Source: Lama glama (lineage: Eukaryota). From it: a stretch of DNA of 64,000 bases. Below the pieces are notes generated by a model. That model had not been told where the DNA came from, did no database searches, and saw only the letters and a list, made by a program, of their open reading frames with translations. Positions 49,455 through 61,620 of the stretch are shown here, piece after piece (position 1 is the stretch's first letter; each line of letters starts with the position of its first letter). The stretch is from the NCBI GenBank assembly GCA_028534125.1, contig CM052816.1, positions 63,986,001 to 64,050,000 on the forward strand, in the 5' to 3' direction. The translations under genes and the position numbers were made by a program.

Positions 49455-50952
49455 GAACACAGTTACTTCTCCTCTGTTCTCCCCAACGACACCTCATTAA
49501 CCTGCAGCCCCTCTCCATCGCGCCACCAACCTGTCTGCCCCTCCACTCCTCAGGCCGCCACGACGAAGCCAGCGGGGACTTGAATGGAAGGACTCAGGCA
49601 GGAAGGAGGCCCCCTGCACTCTCACTTTCCTACGCTGACCATGAACGCCTCCCTTACTGCGCTTGGCTTTCATCCACGACATCCCCTCACGTGGTTCCCA
49701 GAGGCCACACTGAAGCTAACGTGGCCTGTCCAAAATGCATACTGGGCAAGCCGGGTACTTAATACGCTGAGCTCAAATAAAGTTGCCAGGAGGAAACCAA
49801 GTAAATCCGGGAGCTGAGATTTGGCCTAATGTTGATCTATTTTCAGCCAAAACACCCATCTACAAATAAGTCTCTACTACTAGACTGACAAAGACGGAAA
49901 CGTCAATCAGCGCGAAGCAAGAGTTACAAGTAATAAAGACGTGTGCCACCCACTCACGTCCCGGGGACGGGGTGTGAATTTGAGATGGCCATGGATGGCC
50001 ATGACCACGAAGCACTTAAAACTCAAAGAAAACTCCCTGAACCGTTCTTCCGCCCACAGAATTTCCGTGGCACCGGTCCCCACGCAGCTCTGAGGAGTAA
50101 GCTATTTTCCTACGTGAACAAGTAGAGTTATTGCTACCCGTGCTCTGAATCAAGGATGAAAAGGAAAGGTGAGAGGGAGAGGGAGGGTGTGAGAGCGAAG
50201 AGGTGGAGGTGAGGCGCAGAAATACAGAGACGCAGGAAGGAGATCGGAAACCAAAAGAAAAGGAGCCAGGTGCTCCTCCCAGGAAGGAAGCAGCCAAGCA
50301 GGCGGCTTGCGACTCCAAGGCACCGGGTGGCTCCCCCGCACCCATACTAACAGTCTCACAGGACTGCGGCCTGGCTAAAAACGATGCATGTCAAAGGGCT
50401 CTGGAGATGGCAGAGTGTTCCCCGTTCAGGGTGTCAGCTCCCTGTGTGTGACCAAGGAGCTGCTGCCTCTTTCCAGCAGCCCTCCCAGAGGCTCAGGTCA
50501 CCACAGGCCGAAAGGACGCACACCCTCTCCCATAAGCGGACGCACCAGGTTACCTGGGGACCTTAACGAGGGTGCTATTTTAGCAAGAAACTGCAAACGA
50601 GAGGATAACACGCCCTCGGAACATGCTGAATATCTACTGTGACACACAGCCCTACCAGGAGTCTGCGCTCCACTTCTGTTTTAACGTATTTACACACATT
50701 TGTTCTGAGACCAGCAGGGCCTGAGCCACAGCTTCCTGCATTCTGCCGCGTCAGCATGAAAAGACTTGCTGCCATAGGCCGGTTCAGCTCCCTCTGGGGC
50801 TCTCCACCTCCTCAGAGCCTGACTAAGATGAGACGCTTACCCCACAACGTAATGAAGAGACGGTTCTCAGGTCTGACTCACCCCTTGGGCTACCGGCTGC
50901 CAGAGCCACTGAAGAGCAGGCGTTCCTATAAAGTGCGCTTGCCACCAGGACC

Positions 50953-50971
50953 TGGCCACTAGAGGGAGCCA
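50953..50971 (+). promoter_or_regulatory. CTCF binding motif
   Basis: TGGCCACTAGAGGGAGCCA matches the core consensus CCASYAGRKGGCRS at 13/14 positions, inside a CpG-enriched block (~49.5-51.1 kb). Confidence 0.6.
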
Positions 50972-53619
50972 GAGAGCAACGAGGGCCCAACGTTTCCCCA
51001 GAAACGCCGGCTCCCCTGGCTCCCCTCCCCGACTCCCTCTTCAGCCCAGACACTGGGAGGCTTCACAGCACTTGAGGATCCACGGAAACAAACATGTTAC
51101 CTTCACTGTATGGTTCCTTGGTAAACTCTTATTTTCTTCCTCCTCAAGTTTGGGTGGAAAACAAAACAATTAATTTAAAAAGCAGCACACAAGAACCTAA
51201 ACATTATTTATGTCTCTAATTATCTCATTCTAGTGGGTATTTTAGTCCCTGTCTGGTCAGGACATTAATTATCTTCATAACTATAGCAAAAGTTAAATAA
51301 TAAGCACCCAAGGCTACAGCACTACTCTAATGTGCAAGCTTAAATGAACTTATAAATTTTATTAATGGATGCTTTATACAACTCCATGTATTATAAATCA
51401 AACAAGAAACCTATTTCTATCTTTTAAGGGTGCAGTGAAAAAGCTTTAACATTATTGAGGATAATTTTTATTAAGTTTAAAACTCTTTTTTTTTTCAGTA
51501 ATGAGACTGTTATGAGGATAATTTAATCTAGTTTGTCATGAGGCACCCCTGCTTGTTAAATAAGTTAATAAATGACTGTGCATTAATCAAAGTGACAAAG
51601 CTATGAAGAGCTGGGGATGGGAGACAATTCTGGTGATAGTATTAATTAGTATTTAATTAGAAACTTAGGGCCCATAAATAAAAAAAAATCATGGTAGAGA
51701 CATTTATGCAAATTGCTTAGAGCCTGCAGTGGAGTTAGCTTTGCTTTAAAGAAACATGATTTTTTTCCCTAGCATACTGTACACAGCAGCACTGTGGCCA
51801 CATCACGTGGCTTAAATGAGCTCTTCTTTTGTTTCCAATTTGTTCCAATTACAGGCCTGTAAATTCAAATCATTCTTTGGACTGTGTTGACTGAAATGTA
51901 GAGTTTCTACAATTTCTACTGGGAGCTCTTTTTTTTTTTAAATAAAAAAAGAAATGTTTCAGAGAAATAAGGAGTTTCAGATTCTTCTTCTGCTGTTTTA
52001 ATTAAGATGTGTGCCACCATTTTCTAAGAACAATTGTGGATTCCATTTGGTACACAAACAATGCCTCCTTTTTAATCCTAGTGAGCTGTAACTGGGTTTT
52101 GTTATGTGATATTATATTGAAGACTGCATGGACTCAACTGCCATCATTTTTATTATAATCATAGTACTTTTTCCTTTTCTCTCAATCACATGCTTTGATA
52201 ATGGGCAATTTTTGATGGCCCCAAAAGATAATAACCTTTTGGTTCTGAACGTCACTGCTTTCCTAAGGTACATGTCCTCTTTTTCAGCTTTATTATTGGT
52301 TGCATTTATTCAAGAAAGGTTATCCACAGTAAAACTGCTTTTTCTATTCAACAGTCTATCTCTGTCATGGTTCATTTATGTGTGAGCATGACGGACTGAA
52401 ACCCGTATTATCCACAGCTGACAAGTGTCAGGCCGACAGTTCAATCAGCCCTTCCTTAAAATGATGCCCAGGGCCCTGTGTTTGAAGTAGGACAATAAAG
52501 AAGGCAACACAATCAGGGTCAAACTGATCCAATCCCTGTATATAAAGGGGATTCTGCCTAATAACACAGTGCGATTTTTTTCCCCTCTCCAAACACATTA
52601 GTCCTTAAACAGTGACTTGGCCCTTAAGAAAATCTGTGAGTGACATGAAAATGCTGAAGTTTTAACGTGGTTGGTTTATCCCTAACCTCTTGGGGCTGCT
52701 GCTTTGTGCAGACTGGTTTTGTAAAAGTCAGAAAAATAATGTATTCAGTGTCTGATAATTTTTAGGGAGTTATTTGAACGGGATTTTAAGTCAGACATCC
52801 TGATGTTGACACAGGGATCATTTTCTTGTCCTTTTGTTTTACATTTGTGGAACAGATCATTTGCATGGGCTAATAAATTTAAATCTCCAAAATGCCTACA
52901 AAAGTGAGCTCCCTTCAGCAACACTCCTCAACTCCCTCCACCCGCCTAGGACGCAGAGTTGCTGGGTGTTTCTTGATAGTAGGTCTCTCTAGGATACAGA
53001 CTAGACTGCAAACGTATCTCCAAGTTAGTGCTCTCTCAGCCTGGGCAACACTTCTACTCAAACATGTATGAAAACATTTCGCTGCAAATTCTATCAACCA
53101 ACAGCAGAGCCAACGTTGATCAAATGCTTAAAGCGCCCAGTGGGCTCCCTGGAGGGACCAGGAGACTGTTACCTTTGCTGTTCCCTAGGCTTCGAACCAC
53201 TGCAGAGGATGGCAGGCAGGGGAGGGCTGCTCACCTGTTTGATAGGTGCCTTTCATAGGGAGGAAGCCAAGGACCCCCTGAAAGCTTCATAAAACTTTCA
53301 AGGGAGAAGGCACCACACAGAATGTCAACTGCAACCTTCAGGCTCTGTGGACCAGGGAGGCTCAGAGACGCTTGTGACTTCCAGTGTCAAGGAGACAGTA
53401 AAAGGCAGTGCAAGGGCAGAGTTAACGAGAGCAACAGAATCCTCTGTATTTTGCTTCTTTTTATCTGGCACTACTGGGCAGACCCAAGTTAACGTAGACG
53501 AGTCTGCTGAAAAGCAGAATCCCCAAATCACAGTGAGTCACGGTGCCCACGGCTACCAAACAAGACCTTGTATCGATTCTCTTCCTGGACAATTCTAGAA
53601 GTTCTGGGTAATATATTCT

Positions 53620-54110
53620 TTGTGTGCTGGTTATTCTCCATTTTCACTAACCTATCCTGTTCCATCCATTCACCCACACTTACTGCCTGACTCTGCCCCT
53701 ACAGACCACACTATCCAGGCTCTCTTGGTGCCTAGAGACCAGGGAGAGGCACTGACAACAGTCAATCGAAGGGTGGGTGGAGAGAGGCAGAGTGTGCCTT
53801 CCTTCCTCACCCCCTGCTTGTTTCACCTTCTCTGAAGAGGCTGACCCTTTCAGCATCCCTGCTTCCACTAAGCCCCTCCTCCAAGGCTCCTGCTGTCATG
53901 CTTCCAGTACTGTTGGTTTCCTCCTCTTTGCCCTTTAGTCTCCAGGACTAGGAGTTTCCCACTGTGGCTAGTCTCTGGGTACCTCCATGTGCCCTCCATG
54001 TGTTTGTTCACCTAAGCCTGCCCTACTTCTAAACACAGTCCCTTTTTTAAAGTCACCACTGGAAACATCTCAGGTGACTTCTGTTTTCTGCAGGGACCCT
54101 GACTGACACA
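53620..54110 (+). mobile_element. LTR33-family solo LTR
   Basis: TG...CA termini: TGTGTGCTGGTTATTCTCC...CTGTTTTCTGCAGGGACCCTGACTGACACA. Confidence 0.7.
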
Positions 54111-54152
54111 GTGAATTACTGAGCTTCCTAACTGGTCTTCCTACCTCTAGTC

Positions 54153-54330
54153 CAGTAGTTCTTAACATATTTTGGAACCTCATAGAGAATCTGATGAAAG
54201 GTACATGTTCTCTCCTCAGGAAAAAAAAAATCACTTACGTACATATGCACAAAATTTTGCGTACAGTTGTAAAGTGTTCTCAGAACTCCTTAGAGGCTAT
54301 CTACAAATCATCTAGGCAGTCCATAGAAAC
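54153..54330. mobile_element. hAT-Charlie MITE inside an L2 fragment
   Basis: CAGTAGTTCTTAAC...GAGAATCTGATGAAAG...CACAAAATTTTGCGTACA. L2 sequence (CTTCCTAACTGGTCTTCC / CAGTCCATTCTCCCCAC) lies on both sides. Confidence 0.65.
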
Positions 54331-54499
54331 TCCAGTCCATTCTCCCCACCTCTGGTAAGTGAATCTTCCTAAAACACACATTTCTTATATTTGATCACAT
54401 TCATTTTCTCCTCAAAAACCGGTAGTGCTGTCCTACTAACCACCATTAAGCATGAAGCCCAGAATCCTCAGCAAAGCATTCCAGGCTGCATCTGACACG

Positions 54500-54934
54500 C
54501 TACTGTTGAGAAAAGATCTCAAGAGAAGGAATTTAATACAGGGGAGTGGTTACAAAGATGTTGGAAGAGATGAAAAGTGAAGGGGATGGTAAGGCAATCC
54601 ACAGATGAGCACAGCAGGAAGCGCATGGGCTGGAGAGACAAAGTTGGGAGCTCAGGAGCCAGGTCTGCCTGGTGGGGCTGGGATCACGGCAGGGGACTTC
54701 CAGGCAGGGCTTGGCGCCAAGAGGTCAGAGCCACTGCGGTGATGCTGCCCGAAGCAGGAGGAAAGGGAGAGGAATATCCTGGCTCCTTCTCCCCTGCTGC
54801 TCTCCAGTCTTCCACAGAGCGCACTACCCAGATGCCAGCTGATATTGAAGCCTGCAGAGGCTCTGTATCTTGAAGTTCAGAGTCTGGGAATGTGGGTGAT
54901 GGATCTGAGAGCAAGCAGACAAATGCCTCAAACA
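54500..54934 (-). mobile_element. LTR33-like ERVL LTR
   Basis: GAATTTAATACAGGGGAGTGGTTACAAAGATGTTGGAAGAG...GATGGATCTGAGAGCAAGCAGACAAATG. Confidence 0.55.
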
Positions 54935-55397
54935 AAACCCCTTCACAATCTTGCCTCGCCTGCCCTTGGAACCATGATGGAAACTGAGCTGTCCTTGGAA
55001 GGCTCATTCTTCTAATATCTTTTGTGCACCAACTGTGCACCAGGCACCAGTTGCAGGAGGAAGGCTAGGGAATGCAACCCAAGAGTTGCAAGTATATAAT
55101 TAAGCCTGAGGCTGATGGCTTGCTCAGGCAGAAAAGTAGCCAGGTGGTTAATTAGAGCAGAAGACCACAGAGGCTTGGTTGAACTGATGGAGAAGCAGAA
55201 ACTCAGGTGAGACAAGGCAGAAGTTTATTATTACGGTAGGCAGCGAAACCTCTAAGGATTAATCAGAGGCTTCCAAAAATGTTATTGACAGGTTTGAAAG
55301 AAACCACAATCCTGGGCCTTTAACTCCAGTTGTAAAGGGGCTAGATGTACTGGGAGCAGCAGTTGTACACTGAAATCTCTGGTCGGGGTAGTTAAAA

Positions 55398-55950
55398 AAG
55401 TAAAGCTGCTATGGTATATTCCACACAATGGAATATTATTCAGCACTAAAAAGAAATGAGCTATCAAGCCACAAAAAGACATCATAATATGCATTTAAGT
55501 TTCTTCTAAGTGAAAGAAGTCAACCTGAAAAGACTATATACTACATGATTCTAACTGTATGATATTCTGAAAAAGGCAAAATTATGGAGAGAATAAAATC
55601 AGTGGTTGCCAGGGAGGGATGAACAGGTGGACTACAGAGGATTTCTAGGGCAGTGAAACTGCTCTGTATGATACTATAATGGTGGATATATGTCATTATA
55701 AATTTTTCTAAACCCATAGAATGCATAAACCAAGAGTGAACCATATGTAAACGATGGGCTGTGGGTGATAATGATGTGTCAGTGTAGGTTTATCAACTGT
55801 AACAGATGTATGACTCTGGTGGGGGATGTTGATAATGGGGGAGGCTATGCATGTGAGGGGACAGCAGGTATATGAGAAGTCTGTGTCTTCTGCTCAATAC
55901 TACTGTGAGCCTAAAACTGCTCTGTTAAAAGTCTGTTTTTTTAAACACTA
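55398..55950 (+). mobile_element. L1MC1-like 3' end
   Basis: CACAATGGAATATTATTCAGCACTAAAAAGAAATGAGCTATCAAGCCAC...GGGCAGTGAAACTGCTCTGTATGATACTATAATGGTGGATA...GATAATGGGGGAGGCTATGCATGTG...GAGCCTAAAACTGCTCT. Confidence 0.9.
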
Positions 55951-55984
55951 AAAATAATAATAACCAAATATAAAGATGACTGGG

Positions 55985-57107
55985 TGCCATCTAGCCACTT
56001 CTCACCAGCTCACAAGAGACTATTAAACTTTCAAAGCCAGTTGTTAAACACAGCATTGTTCAAAATTGGATTATTTAAGCTTACAATCAAATAAATCTTA
56101 TTAAAAAATAAAGGTAGTGAAAATAAATACTCAGAATGTTTTGCTTTCTAATTATTTTACTACCACCCATGCTCTTGAGGCTGTCCATCGCATCTGAATG
56201 GTGGGAACACTGTGTGATAGTGTGCTGCTGTGCAACTCTCCCCAACCCCATGAGGGCCTAGGGAATATTCACACCACAGGAATGAGCAAACACTCTGAAT
56301 CAGGGCTTGATTTGTTGTGTTGATTGTCTAGGTCAGGGGTTGGCAAACTATAGCACACAAGCCAAATCCAGACTACAGTCTGTTTTTGTATGATCCACAT
56401 TTTTACATTTTTAAAGGATTGTATTTTTCAAAAAAATAATTAAGAAAAGAAGAAAGAGACTGTCTGTGGTCCACAATGTGTAAAATATTTACTATCTGGC
56501 TCTTGACTGAAAAACTTTGCCAGCTCCTTGTCTAGACCTAAGAAAGTGATGGATAAGATGTTAATAGAAATTAAACTTAAAAGTGTGTCCCATCTGTAAT
56601 CATTACATTGTGAATGGCACAGAAACTTGAGGAAATATTCTTCCAGGATTTGAAAGCTATGACCACATTAGCCAAGAAGTCTCTCACATCACCAATGAAC
56701 AAGTGAAGGTCCAACATACATCTTCCTTTCAGGTTCATCTTATTTGTCAATGTGAATGAAATATCAACCAACATTCATGTCGGAACGATACTCGTGAGCC
56801 AATGGCTGAGTTTGGATGGCAACCAAACATTCATCTGCAGTCTGATTTTGTGAAATCACAGTTGAATTGCAGCCATAGATTAACTCCAGACACAAGAGTT
56901 CAGGAAAAAAAAAAACAGGAAAGCATTATCTGAGAATCAATGGGCTTAAGAGCATTCTGTAATAAAGAGTACTGTATATTTTATTATCATTTGTAAGTTG
57001 TAGGTTATACTTCCTTTATATCAGGAAAATTTATAATAAATCTATGGACATATACACATGAGTATTTTTTTAAAGCCAGTTATTAAACTTTTACCAGCAC
57101 ACCACTG
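55985..57107. mobile_element. MER63-family (hAT-Blackjack) element
   Basis: AGCCAGTTGTTAAACACAGC...ATCAGGGCTTGATTTG...TATCAACCAACATTCATGTCGGAAC...end AGCCAGTTATTAAACTTTTACCAGCACACCACTG. Confidence 0.85.
56334..56529. mobile_element. MER58 hAT-Charlie MITE nested in MER63
   Basis: CAGGGGTTGGCAAACTATAG...AAAATATTTACTATCTGGCTCTTGACTGAAAAACTTTGCCAGCTCC. TSD GTCTAGGT/GTCTAGAC. Confidence 0.85.
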
Positions 57108-57217
57108 ACCCCTCCCCCAGGGTCTGACTTAACGGGTCTGGAGGATGACCTTGGCAATGGGATTTTAAAATTTCCCCCAAGTTATTCCAATGCGTAGCCA
57201 ATATTGAGACTAACTGG
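57108..57217. mobile_element. MER5-family MITE, distal half
   Basis: CCCCAGGGTCTGACTTAACGGGTCTGG...GGGATTTTAAAATTTCCCCCAAGTTATTCCAATGCGTAGCCAATATTGAGACTAACTG. Confidence 0.65.
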
Positions 57218-57649
57218 CTTAGGGGAAAGATCAAAGTGCAGGAAGCAGAACCCCCTTAAGATTTTGTTCTCTTTGATCAGAAAGTCCACTTGGATCTGAC
57301 CAAGCAGGCACTGGGAGTGAGCATGAGGGGATGTGCTGAGGTGGGGAGGGTGGGAGGTTCTGCCAGGAACTGGATATGCCGCACTGGGCTGACTTTTTCC
57401 CAATTTCTCAGAACAAAATTTTCCTGGATCAGCATTCTCACAGTCTCCTAGACATGCAACTATTACTTCCTTTCCCAAAATTATTCTCATTGTAGCTCTA
57501 CCAGAGGTCCCTTTTCCTCTTCTGTCTCCTGCCTAAATCTTACCATCCCTTACGTGCCAACTTAGATACCCTCTCTCCGCTCAGACCTTCCCCAGGAGGA
57601 CAGACTTGTTCATTCCCCACTCCAGCATGCACTTACTCCTTGCTAACGA

Positions 57650-58045
57650 AACCATGATTAATTAGGGACAGCACTGTGCCCAGTTAAATACTGCTTCCAG
57701 GCCTCCCTTGTAACCACAGTGGCCACGGTGACACACTTCTAGCTAATGAGACCTAAGCTGAAAGCTGATGAGGGTTGAGAGCAGAGCTTGTGTTTTCCTG
57801 ATAGAAGTGCTAGATTCAGCTGGGGCAGAACCCTCCCCTTGTCCCCTGCAGCAGTCATTTCCAGAGTGTGAGGCAACCAGCCAGCTGCAAAGGATGGAAG
57901 CGGAGAAAAACAATGGAGCCACAACAGCAGCCCCTAACTTCTTGCCTTTGGAAGTCTTGTTCTGTGAGAAAAAGAATTCCCTAACTGTTCAAGCCGCCCC
58001 TGCTTGGATATTCTGTGGTTGTGGCCAGATGAAATCCAGGTCCAA
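57650..58045 (+). mobile_element. MLT1 (I/J-type) LTR
   Basis: CTGTGCCCAGTTAAATAC...CCTCCCTTGTAACCAC...TTCTAGCTAATGAGA...TGTGAGAAAAAGAATTCCCTAACTGTTCAAGCC. Confidence 0.7.
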
Positions 58046-59509
58046 CCATCCCATAGTGACTGCCCCTCCTGTAACTATGTCCATCTACAGATTTGTTCGG
58101 CACCACCCACAACAGCACTCTCCCATGTGTGAATGGGTCAGTCCCAGGCATTTAACCATAAACCAATTGTTTTAAATTTGGATGCACTTTCCCTGTAAGA
58201 CAAGACTGTTCTAGAAAATCCAGAACAAAGGTTTACAGCAGTATGTCAGCTCTTGGAATAATCAAGGTGATTAGAAACAAGATTTGGGCAGAGAGAGGCT
58301 CAGACAGCTTCAAAAAGAAGTTAGGTCTCCAACAGTGATTTGTAAATAGGAAGGAAATAAAGAAGACTGATTCCTAAGGATTTGGCTTCTGCCCAGAACT
58401 TATTTTTGAGGCAGGAGGATCGTGTGTAGGTACAGCATGAACTCAGTGGGTGCATGTGCTTGGATCAGAATGTAAAGGGCACAGAGCACGGAAAGGCCAC
58501 ATCTTAGAAGTGCAAGAGAAAAGAGCCGGTGACAGCTGTACACTGGGTTTAGCCAACCACATTAGCAATAACTGTTACGTACACGGTTGCATTCTATTTT
58601 TGTATCGTATTAAAGGATATAATATTGGTAATTGTTCTTAACAGAATCGCAGAGAGATGGAAATACTATATGGTATGATGGAATGCTGTTCTCTTACCAT
58701 TGATCATTATAATAAGCCTGCTCAGTCATTACTTACAAACCATGCTACAAGTCTGCCAGTGAGGCAGACCAAAATGAGGTGATAAACAAAATTGGTTTCC
58801 TTGCTAAATGCGATGCCTAAGTTTTAAGATATTTTGCTGAAGTTTTAAACTGATTGTCAATTAGTCAATGAGCTATGGCAGGCAGTGTATTTCTGGGTAA
58901 TTAGTGTGTGTCTTAGGGGGGATATTTGGCATGAGGCTGAGGGCAAAGTAATTTGTATCTCCCAGGAAGTGCAATAACTGCCTCAAGCGGAACTGCTTGG
59001 AAAGTGTATTAATTCTATTAGGGAACATTTATGTTATTTTATATGGCATCCTGTATATTCATGAAGTGTACTCATAAGCCATGAATTATTCATTTCCAGG
59101 GCATTATCACATGAGGGTAGCCTCACTGATAACCAAGGAAAAGGGTGGGGTTGTTTGTGCAGTTGGACAAGTCATGTTATCTTGGAAACGAGGCATGTTG
59201 GCTTGTGAAATTCATCTTGTTAGGAGACCACTGGGTCCTAGGAGGACGAGTGGTACCTTGGGACAGGTAAGGTCAAAGGTAAGGCCATTTACTTAAAACT
59301 GGCTTTTCAGAATGCCAGCAGGCCTTCTGTTGAGAGCTGGCTGTGTGTGGGGGAAGCCCCGCCAGAGCTGAGAGCTACAGGGATTCCAGGCTTGATCTTG
59401 CTACTTCTGGACACCTTCTTTTCCAAACTTGCTCAGGATGCTCAGGGCACAACAAAGCCATTCATTCATCCATTTATTCAACAAATATTTATGAATGAAT
59501 GCTCAGATA

Positions 59510-59970
59510 GTATACCAGTTATTTATTATTTTGTAATAAATTACCTCAAAACTTAGCAGCCTAAAAACAATGCACACTTATTAGCTCACAGTTGCAGAGG
59601 GTCAGAAATCATGTTTGGCTTAGCTGGGTCCCCTGTTTCACAGCCTCCCACAAGCCTGAAGCCACGGTGTCAGCCCAGAGTTGTGGTCTCCCCTGAAGGC
59701 TTGTCTGGGGAAGGGTCTGTTTCTGAGTCAGTTCCAAACCCTCAATTTCTTGAAGGCTGTGAACTGAGGGCCTGCATTCCTTGATGGATGGTGACCAGAG
59801 GCCACCTCTGGCCCCTTGCCATGTGAGTCTCTCCAGTATGGAAACCAGGTTCATCAAAGCATGTAAGCCAAGCAGACAAGGCAAAGGTCACAACCCTCTG
59901 TAACTCAAGTGCAGAAGTGACATCGTGTCACTGTTGCCATATTCTGTTGATTCAAATCAAATCACAAATC
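59510..59970 (-). mobile_element. MLT1F-like LTR
   Basis: TGTAATAAATTACCTCAAAACTTAGCAGCCTAAAAACAA...GGCTTAGCTGGGTCC...CCTTGCCATGTGAGTCTCTCCA...GAAGTGACATCGTGTCACTGTTGCCATATTCTGTTG. Confidence 0.85.
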
Positions 59971-61299
59971 AGGAAGATGGCAGGGAGATGGAAAGAAACA
60001 GGTGCACATTTTAGTTTAAAATCGACCTCCTCGGTGAGAGTACGTGTACCACAAGTTACCAGTTTTCTTCATGCCGCTCCTCTTTGCCCATTTTTAAGGG
60101 AAACACACATACACACACACACACAAAGGTGAAGAAAGAATCTTGTACTCATGGTGGGGAGAGAAAGAGGAGGACAGGATAACACAGGTGAGGGTGACAA
60201 GAGAGGGGCAGAGGATGCAGGAAGCACCTGGAGGGTGTGGCCCACTCCCTGCACTCCCAGCTGCGTTAGCTTGGGTGCTCTGCTTCACTTCTCCATGCTT
60301 CTGTTTCCTCTTACGTAAAAATTTCTGCCTTTCGGGATTATTGAAAAGATTAAATTGAGTAACAACCTGGTACATACCTGATACGTCATCGGCATGGCTC
60401 CTCTCTGCTCACTTCATCCCATTTCTCTACTCAGTTGTCACTACTTCCCTGACAGCCAGCACTGAAACAGCCCCACCCATCTCCATCCTCACCCCACTTT
60501 ACTGGCCCCGCTGCACTTACCACCGCCTGCTTTGCTTCATCCCTCCTGCATTCTCAGGCCCAGAGGAGTTCACAGCACGCAGTGGATCCTCCATGATGCC
60601 TCTGAAGGGCTGCAGCGGGCAGTCACTGACCATGGGCATGGCTGCACAGGCTGTCTCCGTGTTCTGGCTGTGTCACAAACAGTAGTGGGGACATCATCTT
60701 AGGACATAAAAAGAGTAACAGCAACTGAAATGCCTGCACAGTACTTTGCAGTGTACAGAGGCCTAGCTCCACCACCATGTCTTAGTCCTCCTAGCTGGTG
60801 GCTGAGGTCGATAATGCCCCCATTTACAGGAAGGGGGAAGGACTTAATAAACTTCTCCAGAGTCCAGAAACAACAGACATTGGAAAGCAAGCGGGGGCTT
60901 TGCCTTCGTATGAATTCATTTTTCTATGGGGCAAAAAAGTCCTTCCAATTCATCAGCAGATATGCTGATCTGCCCCTGCTGGAATTCTGCATTAGTTCCC
61001 TAGAGCTGCTCTCCCTCTGTCTGCACATCTCCTTTTCCTGCACTCAGAGGCAGCTGACAGACAGATACTGTATGTGTAATATACCTAAACTGCACCCAGC
61101 GGGATTGCCGAAAGTCACGCAGCCAGCTGTATGGCTGTCAGTAAACTTCTCCACATTCCAGAATTCCTTCTTTCTTTCAGAAGAACTCGCTTGCACCCCA
61201 CTGTATCTCCTAGCTTAGCATAATCCAATCATCCACTCCTGGCCGACACACTTGTCATTATTTATAAAAATAAATAAATAAAACCTCTTTGCTCTGACT

Positions 61300-61620
61300 C
61301 GCAGGCCTTCATCAAACAAGTACTGAGTGTCTGCTTGGTGCCAGGCATTGTGCTAGGAAATGGGACTAGTCCACATCCAGAAGGGAAAGCAGACTTTAAT
61401 TACAAATCACTATGTAGTTGATATTATGGTTGGAACTATAAAGGAGAAGCTCAAGGTGATATGAGAACGTGAAAGGAAGGACCACCTGGGCCCTGGTCTT
61501 AGGGGTCCAGGAAGTCTTCCCTGAAGAAGGGTCACTTAAACTGGATCAGAAAGCAGAACATCCTAGGCACAAAGAAGGGTACATAAGAGGTGCTGAGAAC
61601 TGAAAGAGCTTCTGGAAACC
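61300..61620 (-). mobile_element. L2 3' fragment
   Basis: TCATCAAACAAGTACTGAGTGTCTGCTTGGTGCCAGGCATTGTGCTAGG...CAGGAAGTCTTCCCTGAAGAAG. Confidence 0.75.
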
